Program-made: the position numbers and the translations under genes
Part shown: positions 1 to 13,061 of the stretch, one piece after another
How positions within the stretch are numbered: the stretch's first letter is position 1
Layout of the letters: each line of letters starts with the position of its first letter
Notes under the pieces: model-generated
Told to the model about the DNA's origin: nothing
Database searches by the model: none
What the model saw: the letters and a program-made list of their open reading frames with translations, nothing else
From: Somniosus microcephalus
Taxonomy: Eukaryota
Direction: 5' to 3'
Assembly (NCBI GenBank): GCA_052327205.1
Contig: CM126203.1
Coordinates: 23,126,001-23,190,000, forward strand
DNA length: 64,000 nt

Positions 1-520
1 GTAATACCGGTGGTGACCACACCGGTATGTAAGTGTTGTGTAAGGATTTGCTGGGCAGTTCAGCCCTGACCTCCGAATAGTAAAGACCTGTTAAAAGTTA
101 TTCTTGTTGTCTGTGTCCAGTGATTGATCCTAAACATAACTGGGACACACAGACTCAACAGTGGCGACGAGTCCGATCTTGCCCTGCGGCAGTTTTACAT
201 CCAAGGCAGCTTCGTCCTCAGAATGGGCGTCGAGAAGAGGCATCCGCCCTCATCATCCTGCTGAGCACCATCGCACGGGAGGCATCGAGAACCCGGGTTA
301 AAAAGAAAAATTCTGACCATGAAGCCCTCCATCAGCGACAGGCAGTGATCATCCCTTCTACCACGGTGGTGGGTAAGCCGATCAGCGACACGAGCAGAAA
401 GTCGGCCGCGTTGACTGTGGAGTGGGGGAGGGAAAACGGAGGAAAAAGGGCGGAGAGCTCGACCACGGCCAGTAGAAAGGGCCGGGCTGCAATCGAGGCC
501 GAGAGGCGCAGCGACTGGGG

Positions 521-720
521 CAGCTTAAGGCTCGAGAGCCACGGAGAACTCAAACGCAGCCAGTGTACAGGACCGGGCTGCAAGCGGGGCTGCGAGGCAA
601 AGCAGCGTCGGGGAGTTGAGAAGCTTAAGGCACGAGAGCCGCGGAGAATACAAACGCAGCCGGTGTAAAGGACCGGGCTGCAAGCGGGGCTGCGAGGCAA
701 AGCAGCGTCGGGGAGTGAGA
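521..720 (+). repeat. 2 x ~100-bp tandem repeat in 5' leader of element A
   Basis: AGCTTAAGG...GCAGCGTCGGGGAGT recurs at ~522 and ~622. Confidence 0.9.
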
Positions 721-774
721 ACCGCTGGGGAGGCGAGAACGACAGCAGCAAGGCAATCGCCATTGCAGCCGGCG

Positions 775-3700
775 GGGGAAGAAGACAAGCGACAAAACGT
801 CACCGCAGGAAAAGTACAGAAAGGTACACAAGGTGACAGAGAACAGTTCGAATGAACAGAAGTCAGATTCAGACTCCAGCAGTAAAGAACTGGGTAGTCT
901 AAGAGTACACAATGTTGGTAAGGAAGCAGACCTCCAAACAATTTGGGTCACACTTCAGATAGCAGGAGTCCAAGTGAAGATGGAATTGGACACTGGATCG
1001 GCATTGACGGTCATGAATAAGAAAGATTACAAAAGGTTATTCCCACATACTCCCCTACGGGATACGGAGATTGTATTGAAAACATACACGGGGCAAAGAG
1101 TATACCCCATCGGGAAGATAGAGGTAAAGGTGGTCCACAAGGGCAAAGAAAGCTGAGGAATGGACTTATATGTGCTACCTGAGGGAGGTCCACCACTACT
1201 GGGACGGGAGTGGATTAGGAAAATGAATATGGACTGGCATTCCTTAAAAGCACTAACGGTAGATTCCGGTACAAAAGATGTCAAACCTAAACGATTGTCC
1301 AGAATATTGGACGATGCTAAAGAGGTGTTCCAACAGGGACTGGGAACACTGAGAGGAATTACGGCAAACATCAAGGTTGAAGAACATGCAAACCCGAAAT
1401 TTTTCAAAGCCAGACCGGTACCTTATGCAATACCATCTGCTGTGGAAGCTGAGCTGGAAGGGCTAGAACGTTCAGGAGTACTGTCTAAGGTAGACTGGAG
1501 TGAGTGGGCCACGCCCATTGTCCCCGTCATGAAGCGTTCATCGAGCAACAAGCCGGGGGAACCGGGGAAGGTTCGCATCTGTGGAGATTTCAAGATCACT
1601 GTTAATCCGGTGCTTCACACGGTGCAGTATCCGCTTCCGCGGATTGAGGATATCTTCGCTTCGTTGTCTGGCAGGAAACACTTCACCAAGATAGACCTGG
1701 CGCAGGCGTACTTACAGATGGAAGTTGAGGAAGAGTCACGCCAGTATCTCACGATCAACACGCATAGAGGCTTGTACCGGTATAATAGACTGGTTTTTGG
1801 AGTGGCATCGGCTCCGGCAATTTGGCAGAGGGCCATGGAGCAGGTATTACAGGGAATTCCAGGTACACAATGTTACCTGGACGATATTCTGATTACAGGA
1901 GATGATGACGAGGAACACCTTGCAAACTTGGAACTGGTGCTCACCAGATTGAAAGAATATGGTCTTCGAGTTAATCGCCAGAAATGTGAATTCTTTCAGA
2001 AGCGGATCTCGTACTGTGGTCATGTCATTGACCAGGAGGGGCTTCATAAGTCTCCTGACAAGATCGAAGCTGTTGTGAAGGCTCCCGCTCCGGATAATGT
2101 ATCCCAATTGAGGTCGTTTCTAGGGTTGATTAACTATTACCATAAGTTTCTACCAAATGTATCCACGGTGCTGCACCCGCTGAACGCTCTTTTGCAGAAG
2201 GGAGTACCATGGAAGTGGAGCGAGGACTGTAAGAGGGCCTTTCGCGAAAGCAAGGCATTGATCACCTCAGAGGAAGTGTTGGCTCACTTCAACCCAACGC
2301 TGCCTATTCGTTTGGCTTGTGATGCTTCTCCATATGGTATTGGGGCAGTACTCTCACACAAGTTGCCAAATGGCCAGGAGAGGCCAGTTGCGTTCGCATC
2401 CAGATCATTGACCTCCGCTGAGCGCAACTATGCTCAGATAGATAGGGAGGCTCTCAGCCTTGTGTGGGGAGTAAAGAAGTTTAATCATTACCTGCAGGGC
2501 CAAAAGTTTACGCTTCTGACAGACCACCAGCCGTTGGTATCCATTTTTAACCCTAAGAAAGGTGTTTCGGTGATGGCAGCACAGAGACTCCAGAGATGGT
2601 CCCTTTTCCTAGGGGCACATCAATATCAGATAGAATTCAAAGGTACAAAGCAGCATGGTAATGCTGATGGGCTGTCGCACCTGCCACTACCTACAGAGGA
2701 GGAGGCACTGACGGTTGACCCTGTTGAGTTATTTCACTCGATCATCATCGAATGTTTACCAATCACCAATGCAAGTATTGAAAGAGAAACCAGGAACGAC
2801 CCAACACTGTCCAGGGTCTACGAAGTGACAGTGAAGGGATGGCCAGCGCATGGAGATCCACTGTTACCGGCATTCTCAGCAAGACGAGAACAGCTGTCCG
2901 TCTGTCAAGGAACATTGATGTATGGAACAAGGGTGATTATTCCTCCTAAGTTGAGAGAGAGAGTTCTAAAGGAACTGCATGAAGGTCATCTGGGGGGAGT
3001 CAAGATGAAAAGCCTTGCTAGGGCTTATGTGTGGTGGCCGGGTATCGACCAACAGATAGAGGAGCTGACGAAAAGCTGCTCAGGGTGCCAAAAAGGGCAA
3101 AATGCACCTCCGATTGCACCGCTGCATCCATGGGAATGGCCTTCAACCCCATGGCAACATGTACATATTGACTTTGCTGGTCCTTTCATGGACTCCATGT
3201 TTTTAATTGCGGTGGACGCACATTCTAAATGGCCAGAAGTGATTAAGATGACTACCACTACCTCGGAAAAGACGATCGCGGTGTTAAGAACGATATTTGC
3301 AAGAAATGGATTGCCAGAACAAATATGTTAAGACAACGGACCGCAGTTCGTGTCAGAAGAATTCCAGAGATTCATGAAGAAGAATGGGGTGAAACATTAT
3401 ACCTCTGCCCCATATCATCCGGCTACAAACGGGTTGGCCGAGAGATTTGTACAAACGTTCAAAAAAGCGATAAAGGCCATGAGCGAAGATCAGATTCCAC
3501 TACAACACAAGGCGGACAAATTCCTACTGGCATATCGAAACGCCACCCATGCAGTGACAAACCAAAGTCCTGCCATGATGTTCTATAACAGGAGGTTGCG
3601 GTCCAGGTTGGACTTGTTAAAACCAAATGTGCAGAGGGAAGTTGAAAACAAACAGTTCCAGCATATAAATAACAAGACCACTCGGAGTTTCGAAATAGGA

Positions 3701-4050
3701 CAACCAGTGTTAGCCCGGGATTATAAAAACGAGAAATGGCAATCTGGAACAATTCGGGCCAGACAAGGACCCCTGATGTACACGGTAGATGTTGGTGAAA
3801 ATGTAATACGGCGTCATGCTGACCAACTGGTAGAATCGAGAACAAGGGTCGAACCCATGGTTACGGCAGAGACAACCGTGGAAGAAGTTAGTGAACCTGA
3901 AGCATCTACCTCAGAAGTGAATGTACCTGATGATGATGTCCAATCCATAAGAGACCAACTAGATGAGTCACCCCAACAATGAGAATCAGAGACCCCTGAA
4001 AGGCGTTATCCAACTCGAATCAGGAGGCCTCCTCAGAGACTGAATCTTTG
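775..4050 (+). pseudogene. pol: pro-pol of element A with in-frame stops (~1154, ~3329, ~3980)
   Basis: Motifs MELDTGS (protease), YLDDIL (RT), CDASPYGIGAVL (RNaseH), LHEGH..CSGC and HIDFAG/SAPYHPATNGLAER (integrase); ends PQRLNL*. Confidence 0.93.
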
Positions 4051-4367
4051 AACTGTTTTGCATGAAGTTGTATATATGTTATTATGTTATGTTAAATGGG
4101 GATATAACTGTTAAGCTAAAAAGGGAGGATTGTGGTGTATGTAACCTGTTCCACCTTAAGAGAACTACTTTAAGAGATGTACTACTTTCTCTTGGCTGCT
4201 GTATACTGTAATACCGGTGGTGACCACACCGGTATATAAGTGTTGTGTAAGGATTTGCTGGGCAGTTCAGCCCTGACCTCCGAATAGTAAAGACCTGTTA
4301 AAAGTTATTCTTGTTGTCTGTGTCCAGTGATTGGTCCTAAACATAACTGGGACACACAGACTCAACA

Positions 4368-7127
4368 ACAACCACACCTGTACTCACCTTCTTTGACCCA
4401 ACAAAGAGAATCAAAGTGTCAACAGATGCATCAAAAGATGGCCTAGGCGCGGTCTTGCTACAAGCAGAGGGTGAACATTGGAAGCCTGTTGCCTATGCCT
4501 CAGGACTGACTCTGAGTGTCGATACGCCCAGATTGAAAAGGAATGTCTAGGCTTGGTAGTTGGACTAGAAAAGTTCCATGGCTACATATATGGACTTCCC
4601 ACCATCACAGTTGAGACAGACCACTGCCCACTGGTTGCCATCATAAAAAAAAACCTGAATGAGCTGTCTCCAAGGATTCAACAACTCATGATGAAGCTGC
4701 AAAGATATGACTTTGAACTGATCTACACACCAGGCAAACACATAGTGTTAGCAGATGCACTATCCCGAGCACCCACAATGAGTCATGTGAGCTCTACTGA
4801 GGAAGACGTGGATGTTCATGTGAGTATGGTCACTGCTGCGCTGCCCGTGTCAGACACAAAATCAAAGCAAATAGCAGAACAGTAAAAGATACAGGCCTAG
4901 AAATTGAGTTGGCGCCGCGCCAGGGCTTTAGCGCCGGAAATTTAGCGCTGGCGCTAAGTCCCCCTGCGCGCGCCAAAAATTCAGTAGCGCCGCGCCCAGA
5001 CGGCTGCCGGCGCTACTGGAGGGTGTCAGCGCCTCGCAATGGGCGCTGACTGCCGCATTGCGGCGCTATTCCGCCGCTGCGGCACACGATGCGGTGCGGC
5101 AGGCTGGGGAAGTGCAGGCCTCCTCCTTCCGTTAAGGAGGAGCTGCCTGCACCCGACCGCTGGCCGTTGATCTGTGGAGAAAAATGAGCCCGGCACCTCG
5201 GAGAAGTGCCGGGCTCGCGGCCCACACGCATCTGTGCCGCGGGGGGGTGTTGGAGGAGTCCGGGGAGGGAGGTGCGGGCAGGCGGCCGCCGGGAAAGCGG
5301 CCGGCCGCCGCGCGACCTTAATGCGCCGGCGCTAAGACCCGTAGCGAACTTTTGAAAAATCGTTGGTTGCGGCTGCCACGGGCGAGGCGGCTGCAACTCA
5401 ATTTCGGCGTTCGGGCACGTTGCCACGGCAACCGGGACGCTGCGCACACCGATGACGTCATCGGTGCCGGCGCAGCGCAACCGGCTAACGCCGATGGCAG
5501 CGCCCAAGTGAATTTCTCAATCGGCTGTACTTGCGGCGCTAGGCCCTCTAGCGCCTCAAAATGGGCGCTAACCCCACTCAATTTCTAGGCCACAGTGTTA
5601 CAAACAGTAATAGAGAACATTCATCATGGTTGGCCAAAAGGTTCCTGTCCAAAGTACTTTCACATCAGGTCAGAGTTGAGTGTTGCAAGTGGACTATTAC
5701 TAAAACAGAATAGAATAGTCATTCCACAGGCTCTACGTCGAGACATGCTCAAAAGGATTCATGAGGGACACCTTGGAATTGAAAAATGCAAAAGGAGAGC
5801 AAGAGACACTGTTTATTGGCCTGGCATAAGTAAGGACATTGAGAACATGATAGGCAAATGTGAGACATGTCAGAAACACCAAAACAAACAAAGGAACCAA
5901 TGATAGTCGTTGACTTACCAACAGCACCATGGCAAAAGGTTGGTATGGACCTTTTTCATTTGAATGGTAAAGACTATCTAATAGTGATTGACTACTATTC
6001 TAACTATCCTGAGATGGCACTGCTCTCAAGCACATCAGCAAGCAGTGTCATAATGCATGTTAAATCCATCTTCGCCAGACATGGAATTCCCAGGATTGCC
6101 GTTAGCGACAATGGTCCGTGCTTCAACTGTAAGGAGTGGCAACAATTTGCAGCACATTATGACTTTCAACACATCACATCCAGTCCTCTGTATGCTCAGT
6201 TGAATGGTAAGGCAGAGAAAGGTGTTCAAGTTCTCAAACAGCTATTGAAGAAAGCAACAGAAAGCAAGTCTGATCCTTATCTCGCCTTGCTGAGCTACCG
6301 AGCCTCCCCTTTAGACTCTGGTTCTTCACCTGCTGAACTCCTAATGGGTCACAAGTTGCGCACCATGCTACCCTGCTGTGCAAAAGAAAAGCAGAGTAAA
6401 GAACTGAGACAGAGACTTCAACTGTTAAAGCTGAAACAGAAATCACACTATGACAAGTCATCCAAAACTCTGAAACCATTGACAAGGGATGATGTTGTCA
6501 GGATTGAGGATCCAGATGCATGGAACAGGAAAGCTACAGTTCTTGAGGAAGTAGGACCAAGGTCATACACCGTTAGAACTGAGGAAGGACAGATTCTCAG
6601 GAGGAACTGCCGTTCCCTCCTGAAAGCACAAGAATCTATCCAAGAGCAAATCGATGACAATGCCGCAACTGAATCTTGTCACTCACCACCAGAACAATCT
6701 AACACAAACACACATACAGACTCTCATGCAAACACATCAGACTTACCTGTGCTGAGAAGATCCACACGTGAAGTAAAAAAGTCTGATAGACTTAATCTTT
6801 GAGTACAAAGAAAACTATAATAAAAGAATGAAAAGCTTAGAGTTCATAAAGTAAAGCTTTGAAAATGTGTTGACTGTTGTGAAGATGTTTATGTCGTTAT
6901 GATTGATTGATATTGATTTTGTTTAACCTCTAAGGAAGGGGGATGTAATGATCAGTAACATGTCATTCTAGAATGGTACACTAGGTGGAGCTGTATGTTT
7001 AGTAGTGGGCTACCCACAAGGCAGTCGTCAAGATGGATGCCTGTACACTAGTCCACATGGCTGAATAAATGACTAGCTCAAGCTAGCTGTTCATAATGAA
7101 AACATCAATTTATTTATGAACATAAAG
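4368..7127 (+). mobile_element. 3' half of Gypsy element B (same family as G): RNaseH-integrase pseudogene plus 3' LTR ~6944-7127
   Basis: Resumes at TTTPVLTFFDPTKRIKVSTDASKDG, nearly identical to the ORFs at 59310-61835; PPT AAGGAAGGGGGA followed by TGTAATGATCAGTAAC as in the G LTR; LTR 3' end approximate. Confidence 0.92.
4894..5591. mobile_element. GC-rich MITE, PIF/Harbinger-like, inserted in element B pol
   Basis: Perfect 16-bp TIR GGCCTAGAAATTGAGT / ACTCAATTTCTAGGCC; 3-bp TSD ACA (4891-4893, 5592-5594); empty site visible in paralog G (GATACAGTATTAC). Confidence 0.9.
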
Positions 7128-7612
7128 ACATGAAAGGATATTTTCATTCATTGACATTGGACTGCACGCATTGGAGTTTTTTTTTAGAATGGGGCTATCC
7201 TGGAAGAGAGAAAAACAGTAATTGTTTATTTTACTCCTGATTTTTTTATTCACTTGATGTTTAATGATGCAGGATGTTGTATGTGATTTTCCAGTCACAA
7301 GGGCAGTGACACTGGGTTGGAATGGACAATAAAGGTATTTGGGAGATGGTGGAGATTGCTGTTGCCAGATCACCTCCCTTTATGTGCCGTAAGTGTTCTT
7401 GTACAAATTGTGAGAAATCTTAATTTACGTACTATAGTGCTTGAAAATGAGGCAGATTGTGCTCCGTATTCGCCCGTCTGAAGCGGGTCTGGGAATAGCT
7501 TCAATTATGAGAATGGAAAAATAGGTAAGTAAATGAGGAAAAAAGTAATAGAAGGACATGCTAGTAGGGTGAGAGGAAGTAGGGTGGGAGGAGGCTTGTG
7601 TGGAGCATAAAC

Positions 7613-10600
7613 TGTTGTGTATGTACCTTTAAGAGAGAACTGCTTTTATACTGTAGTACCGGCAGTGACCACACCTGTATATAAAGCCGTAGCAGGCTTC
7701 TGTACTTTCATTTCCAGCATACCCTCTGTTCAGTAAACACCTGTTATTACCGTTCTCCTGCAGTCTGTGTGTTATTGATACGCGGACACTACAGTGGCGA
7801 CGAGCAGGTTCAAACTCACCTGCAGTACTGCATCACCTCACGGGGCTCCATCCCTGAAAAGAAGCTTCTTGGAGGTCGAAGCCAGAGCAACGGGCATCGA
7901 CCGTGGGCAACCGCCCAGTGATCCATCGGAGTTCAGAGAATCGCAGGGGAAGCTGTGGAGAGCTGGGCTTGGTTCTCCAGTCAAGGTGTCCCAGCAAATC
8001 GGGCTGGTAGCAGGTAGTGCGCTGACCCTTCCTGGACTGCGGCGGGCTAGAGCTCGATCGAGCAGCTCTGCAAGGCGGCCGAGCAGCGTCGTCGGGAAGA
8101 AAAAGAAAGAGAGAGGGTGGAGCGCACAGGGCGCGGCCGGTGCTCAAGAGTCGGGCAGCGTTAAAGAAAAAAAAAGGGGAAGGAAAAGAGACGCGCAGTG
8201 GACAGCGTCGAAGAAGAATAAAACTAAGAAAATTAATTAACAAAAGAGAGACGCGCAGAAAGCCGCGGGGCACCACCATTACTAGTTAGAATGCTAGGAG
8301 CAGCATTGGCAGCAGGGGGAAGAAGGAAAAGCGCGGGAGGCGCCATTTTAATCCATTGGGGAAGAAGGAAAAGCATGGGAGGCGCCATTTTAAACCACCC
8401 AAGATGCTGAAGAGTGACAGCATCACTGCTTTCGATAACGAAATAGAAGACTGGACCACGTATGTGGAAAGAATTGAAGTGTACTGCAAGGCAAATGAGG
8501 TGGCCGATGAAAAGGTGTCGGTATTATTGAATTTGATGGGCGCGAGAACGTACGGCCTATTGCGGAATTTAATTACCCCAGCTAAACCAATGGAGAAAAG
8601 CTTTGAAGAGATTGTCAATATCTTACAGGAACATCTAAACCCTACACCGCTGCTGATAGCAGAAAGATTCAAGTTCCATAAAAGAAACCAGCACAAAGAC
8701 GAGAGTAATGCTGACTATCTTACGGAACTACGCAAGTTATCGAAACACTGCCAGTTCGGAGCAGGACTGGCAGATACCTTAAGGGATAAGTTTGTCTGCG
8801 GGCTCCAGAGTGAAGGAACCCAGAAACGATTACTTTCGGAAAAGGACCTTACGCTAGAAAAGGCTTTCAGTGTTGCAGTATCCTACGAAGCAGCAGCACG
8901 GGGAGCTGCGGAAATACAACAGAAACCGCAAGAATATAGCACCAATGAAATGGCATATGGAGCAGAAAAGTGCTATCGCTGCGGCAGAACAACCCATGAC
9001 CAGAAGGATTGCTGGGTTAAGGACAAAGTATGCAGGCAATGTGGAAAAGTGGGACACATGGCACGAGTCTGCAGGTCGGGAAAGAAAACCAACACTAAAA
9101 GAACTACTAAGGAAAAGTACAAGAAAGTACAAAAGATGACGGACAGTAGTTCAGAAGATCAGAAGAGTGATAATGACTCCGGGAGCAGGAGACTAAGTTG
9201 CCTAAAGTTACACAAGGTGATCGCAAAGGAGGATCACCGAATCATTTGGGTCACCCTCATGATAGCAGGGTCCCAAGTAAAGATGGAATTGGACACAGGA
9301 TCAGCCCTAGCTGTCATGAATCGACGAGACTACGAGCGGCTATTCTCACACATACCCTTGAAGGACACGTCCATTGTCTTGAAGACATACACGGGGCAAA
9401 AAGTCTACCCCAGAGGAAAAATAAGGGTGCCCGTTAAATACAACGGCAAGGAAACACAGGAACTGTATCTATATATACTACAAGATGGAGGACCACCATT
9501 ATTGGGACGTGAATGGATCCGAAAAATACAATTGGATTGGCATTCCATTCAGGCGCTAACTGTGGCTGACAAAAAGGATGACGACGTCACACCTGGACGA
9601 CTGTGAAAAATTCTAACTGACGCGAAAGAGGTGTTCCAGCAAGGACTTGGGACACTAAAAGGCGTAACGGCAACGATAAAAATTGAAGATAACGCAAACC
9701 CAACATTTTTTAAGGCCAGACCGGTACCGTATGCGATCCGCCCAGCCGTTGAAGCAGAGCTGGAGACTCTGGAGCGTTCGGGTGTGCTGTCCAAGGTGGA
9801 CTGGAGCGAGTGGGCCACACCCATCATTCCTGTAATGAAGAAATCATTGAGCAGCACGCCTGGGGAACCGAAGAAGGTTCGCATCTGTGGGGACTTTAAG
9901 GTAACTGTGAACCCAGTCCTTCACACAGTACAATATCCACTTCCACGGATAGAAGATATTTTCGCCTCACTATCTGGAGGGAAACGCTTTACGAAGATTG
10001 ATCTGGCCTAAGCGTATCTACAAATGGAGGTAGAAGAAGCATCTAGAAAATACCTCACGATAAACACTCACAAAGGTCTTTACCAGTACAACCGACTGGT
10101 ATTCGGGGTAGCATCCACTCCGGCTATTTGGCAGAGGGCGATGGAACAAGTCCTGCAAGGGATCCCGGGGACCCAGTGTTATTTGGACGACATCCTGGTT
10201 ACGGGCGGAAATGACAGTGAACACCTTGCCAACCTGGAGCAGGTGCTCACTAGATTACAAGAATATGGGCTACGAGCCAACCGCCCCAAATGCGAGTTTT
10301 TCAGGAAACAAATCTCGTATTGTGGCCACGTGATTGATGAAGAGGGGTTACATAAATCCCCAGACAAGATTGAGGCAGTAGTCAAGGCTCCAGCTCCGGA
10401 AAATGTGTCGCAACTGAGGTCGTTCCTCGGGTTGGTGAACTACTACCATAAGTTCTTGCCAAATTTGTCTACAATTCTGCACCCACTGAACGCCCTGCTG
10501 CAAACTGGAGTAGCATGGAAATGGAGTGATGAGTGTAAGCGTGCCTTTCAGAAATGTACATGCCTAATCACTTCAAAAGAAGTATTGGCCCACTACAATC

Positions 10601-12638
10601 CAATACTACCGATTTGGTTGGCATGTGATGCGTCTCCCTACGGCATTAGAGCGGTGCTGTCGCGCAAATTCCTTGATGGTTCAGAGAGGCCAATAGCCTT
10701 TGCGTCATGCTCGTTAACCTCAGCCGAGCGTAACTACGCCCAGATTGACAGGGAGGCCCTCAGCCTGGTGTGGGGGGTGAAGAAGTTCAATCACTTTCTG
10801 CACGGGCAGAAATTCACCTTACTGACTGATCACCAGCCTCTTGTCTCCATTTTTAACCCAAAGAAGGGCGTTCTGGTGATGATGGCGCAACGGCTGCAAA
10901 GATGGTCCCTTTTTCTAGGGGCACATCAATACGACATAGAGTATAACGGCACAAAACAGCATGGAAACGCTGATGGGCTGTCGCGCCTGCCGCTGCCTAC
11001 GGTGGAGGAAGCACCTGCAGTGGACCCTGTTGAGATATTCCATTCGACCATAGTCGAATGTCTACCTGTTACAAACTCAAGTATAGAGAAGGAAACCCGA
11101 AATGACCCGACACTCTCTCGGGTCTATGATTTGACGGTGAAGGGATGGCCAGCACATGGCGACTCACTGTTGCCAGCATTCTCGCCAAGGAGAGAACAGC
11201 TGTCAGTGTGCCGGGGGACCTTGATGTTTGGATCCCGAGTGGTAATTCCACCCAAGTTGAGAGAAAGAGTGCTCAATGGGCTTCATGAGGGTCATCTGGG
11301 AGGGGTAAAAATGAAGAGCCTAGCCAGGGCATTTGTGTGGTTGCCGGGAATCAATAAAGAAATTGAGGAAATGACCAAGAGATGCACAGGATGCCAGAAA
11401 GTCCAAAACGCTCCACCACAGGCCCCGCTACACCCATGGGAGTGGCCCTCATCTCCATGGCAATGGGTACACATTGATTTTGCTGGTCCATTTATGGACT
11501 CAAAATCGCCGTGGATGCACATTCGAAATGGCCAGAGGTCATCAAAATGTCCTCCACCACCACGGAGAAAACTATTGCAGTCCTACGGACCATCTTCGCC
11601 AGGAATGGCTTGCCAGAACAGATCTGCTCCGACAATGGACCACAGTTTGTGTCCGAGGATTTCCGGAGGTTTTTGAGGAATAATGGGGTAAAGCATTACA
11701 CATCCGCCCCATATCATCCAGCCACAAATGGATTGGCTGAGAGGTTTGTTCAAACCTTTAAAAAAGCAATAAAGGCGATGTATAACGACAACATACCACT
11801 GCAACACAAGGTGGATAATTTCTTGTTTGCTTACCGGAATGCGACACATGCAGTCACCAACCAAGCTCCAGCCATGATGTTCTTTAACCGAAGGTTAAGA
11901 TGTCGCCTGGATTTGCTCAAACCAAACATAAGACGAGATGTTGAGAATAAGCAATTCCAGCACATCAATGAAAAGCCAACTAGGAGCTTCAAGATAGGGC
12001 AACCAGTCTTGGCCCGCGACTACCAAACAGAAAAATGGCAGCCAGGAACGATATGCACACGGCAGGGACCACTAATGTACACAGTGGACGTTGGAGAGAG
12101 CATCGTGAGACGCCATGCTGACCAGATTCTAGAGTCACAGGAACAAGTAAAACCCATACCACGAGCATGTGCACCTGGTGATGAACCCGAAGTACAGATT
12201 GCGTCTACCTCAGAATCAGTGGTATTGGAAGCTGACGAACCAACCAATGACAATGAGCCAGAATCGACTCCGCCGCAAGAACAGGATACTCGAGAAAGGC
12301 GCTATCCAGACAGGATCATGAAGCCTCCTCAAAGACTGAATTTATAAATGATTACTTTCAGCTGATGTATATAGTACCAAGAAAATTGTAATTGTAATTA
12401 GTTATTACTTAATTGTTAAATGAATGTTATGTACTGTTTATCTAAAAGGGGAGGAATTGTTGTGTATGTACCTTTAAGAGAGAACTACTTTTATACTGTA
12501 GTACCGGCAGTGACCACACCTGTATATAAAGCCGTAGCAGGCTTCTGTACTTTCAGTTCCAGCATACCCTCTGTTCAGTAAACACCTGTTATTACCGTTC
12601 TCCTGCAGTCTGTGTGTTATTGATACACGGACACTGCA
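7613..12638 (+). mobile_element. Full-length Gypsy/Mag-like element C inserted in a CR1 3' tail
   Basis: 181-bp LTRs 7613-7793 and 12458-12638 (~4 mismatches); TSD TAAAC; PBS TGGCGACGAG 7795-7804; PPT AAAAGGGGAGGAA; flanks rejoin as GTGTGGAGCATAAACACTGGCAT..GGGCCGAATGGCCTG. Confidence 0.96.
8404..12347 (+). pseudogene. gag-pol: gag-pol of element C (stops ~9604 and ~10009, deletion/frameshift ~11500)
   Basis: Two CCHC knuckles (CYRCGRTTHDQKDC, CRQCGKVGHMARVC), LDTGS, YLDD, RNaseH and integrase motifs. Confidence 0.93.
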
Positions 12639-13061
12639 TAAACACTGGCATATTCCAGTTGGGCCGAATGGCCTGTTTCTGTGCTGTTAATTCTATGATG
12701 AAACTCTTAAAAGGTACACATGAATTTATGCAATTGTTTTGAATTTCCATTTTTTCTGTACCTTTTTAGTGCTTGTTTTTGTTACATTTTCTCTATATAT
12801 TCTGGTTCTTTTAGTGTTTTTGTTTTTATTTATTTTGAGGGGTTGCTTTTGATCAAAGGAGTGAGGAATGTTTATATTGAACCAAAAGTGTATGCAAACT
12901 CATTGAAAAGTCGTCTGTAGTTGAAGCAGTTACAGGACTGCAGCAGAACAGGAAGAGCTTAAAAAGAGAGGGGGAACATAAGGGGACTCTTACAACACAA
13001 GCTTTCACAAAAGCTTAAGGAATGATGAGGCATCTAAGAGCAAGTCTTGGGTCATTTGAAA

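Larger units (their letters stand above)
1..4367 (+). mobile_element. Gypsy/Mag-like LTR retrotransposon A (gag-deleted, 5' LTR runs off window), nested in element B
   Basis: Partial 5' LTR 1-160 matches 4208-4367 (2 mismatches); PBS TGGCGACGAG 162-171; PPT AAAAAGGGAGGA ~4118-4129; 3' LTR TG..CA 4131-4367; PR-RT-RH-IN order. Confidence 0.95.

Noticed and set aside
120-951. ORFs in GC-rich leaders (also 7794-8279, 27573-28484, 33538-33986) and in the MITE (5013-5588)
   Set aside because: Stop-poor GC-rich or tandem-repeat sequence, no recognisable domains, not conserved between sister elements.
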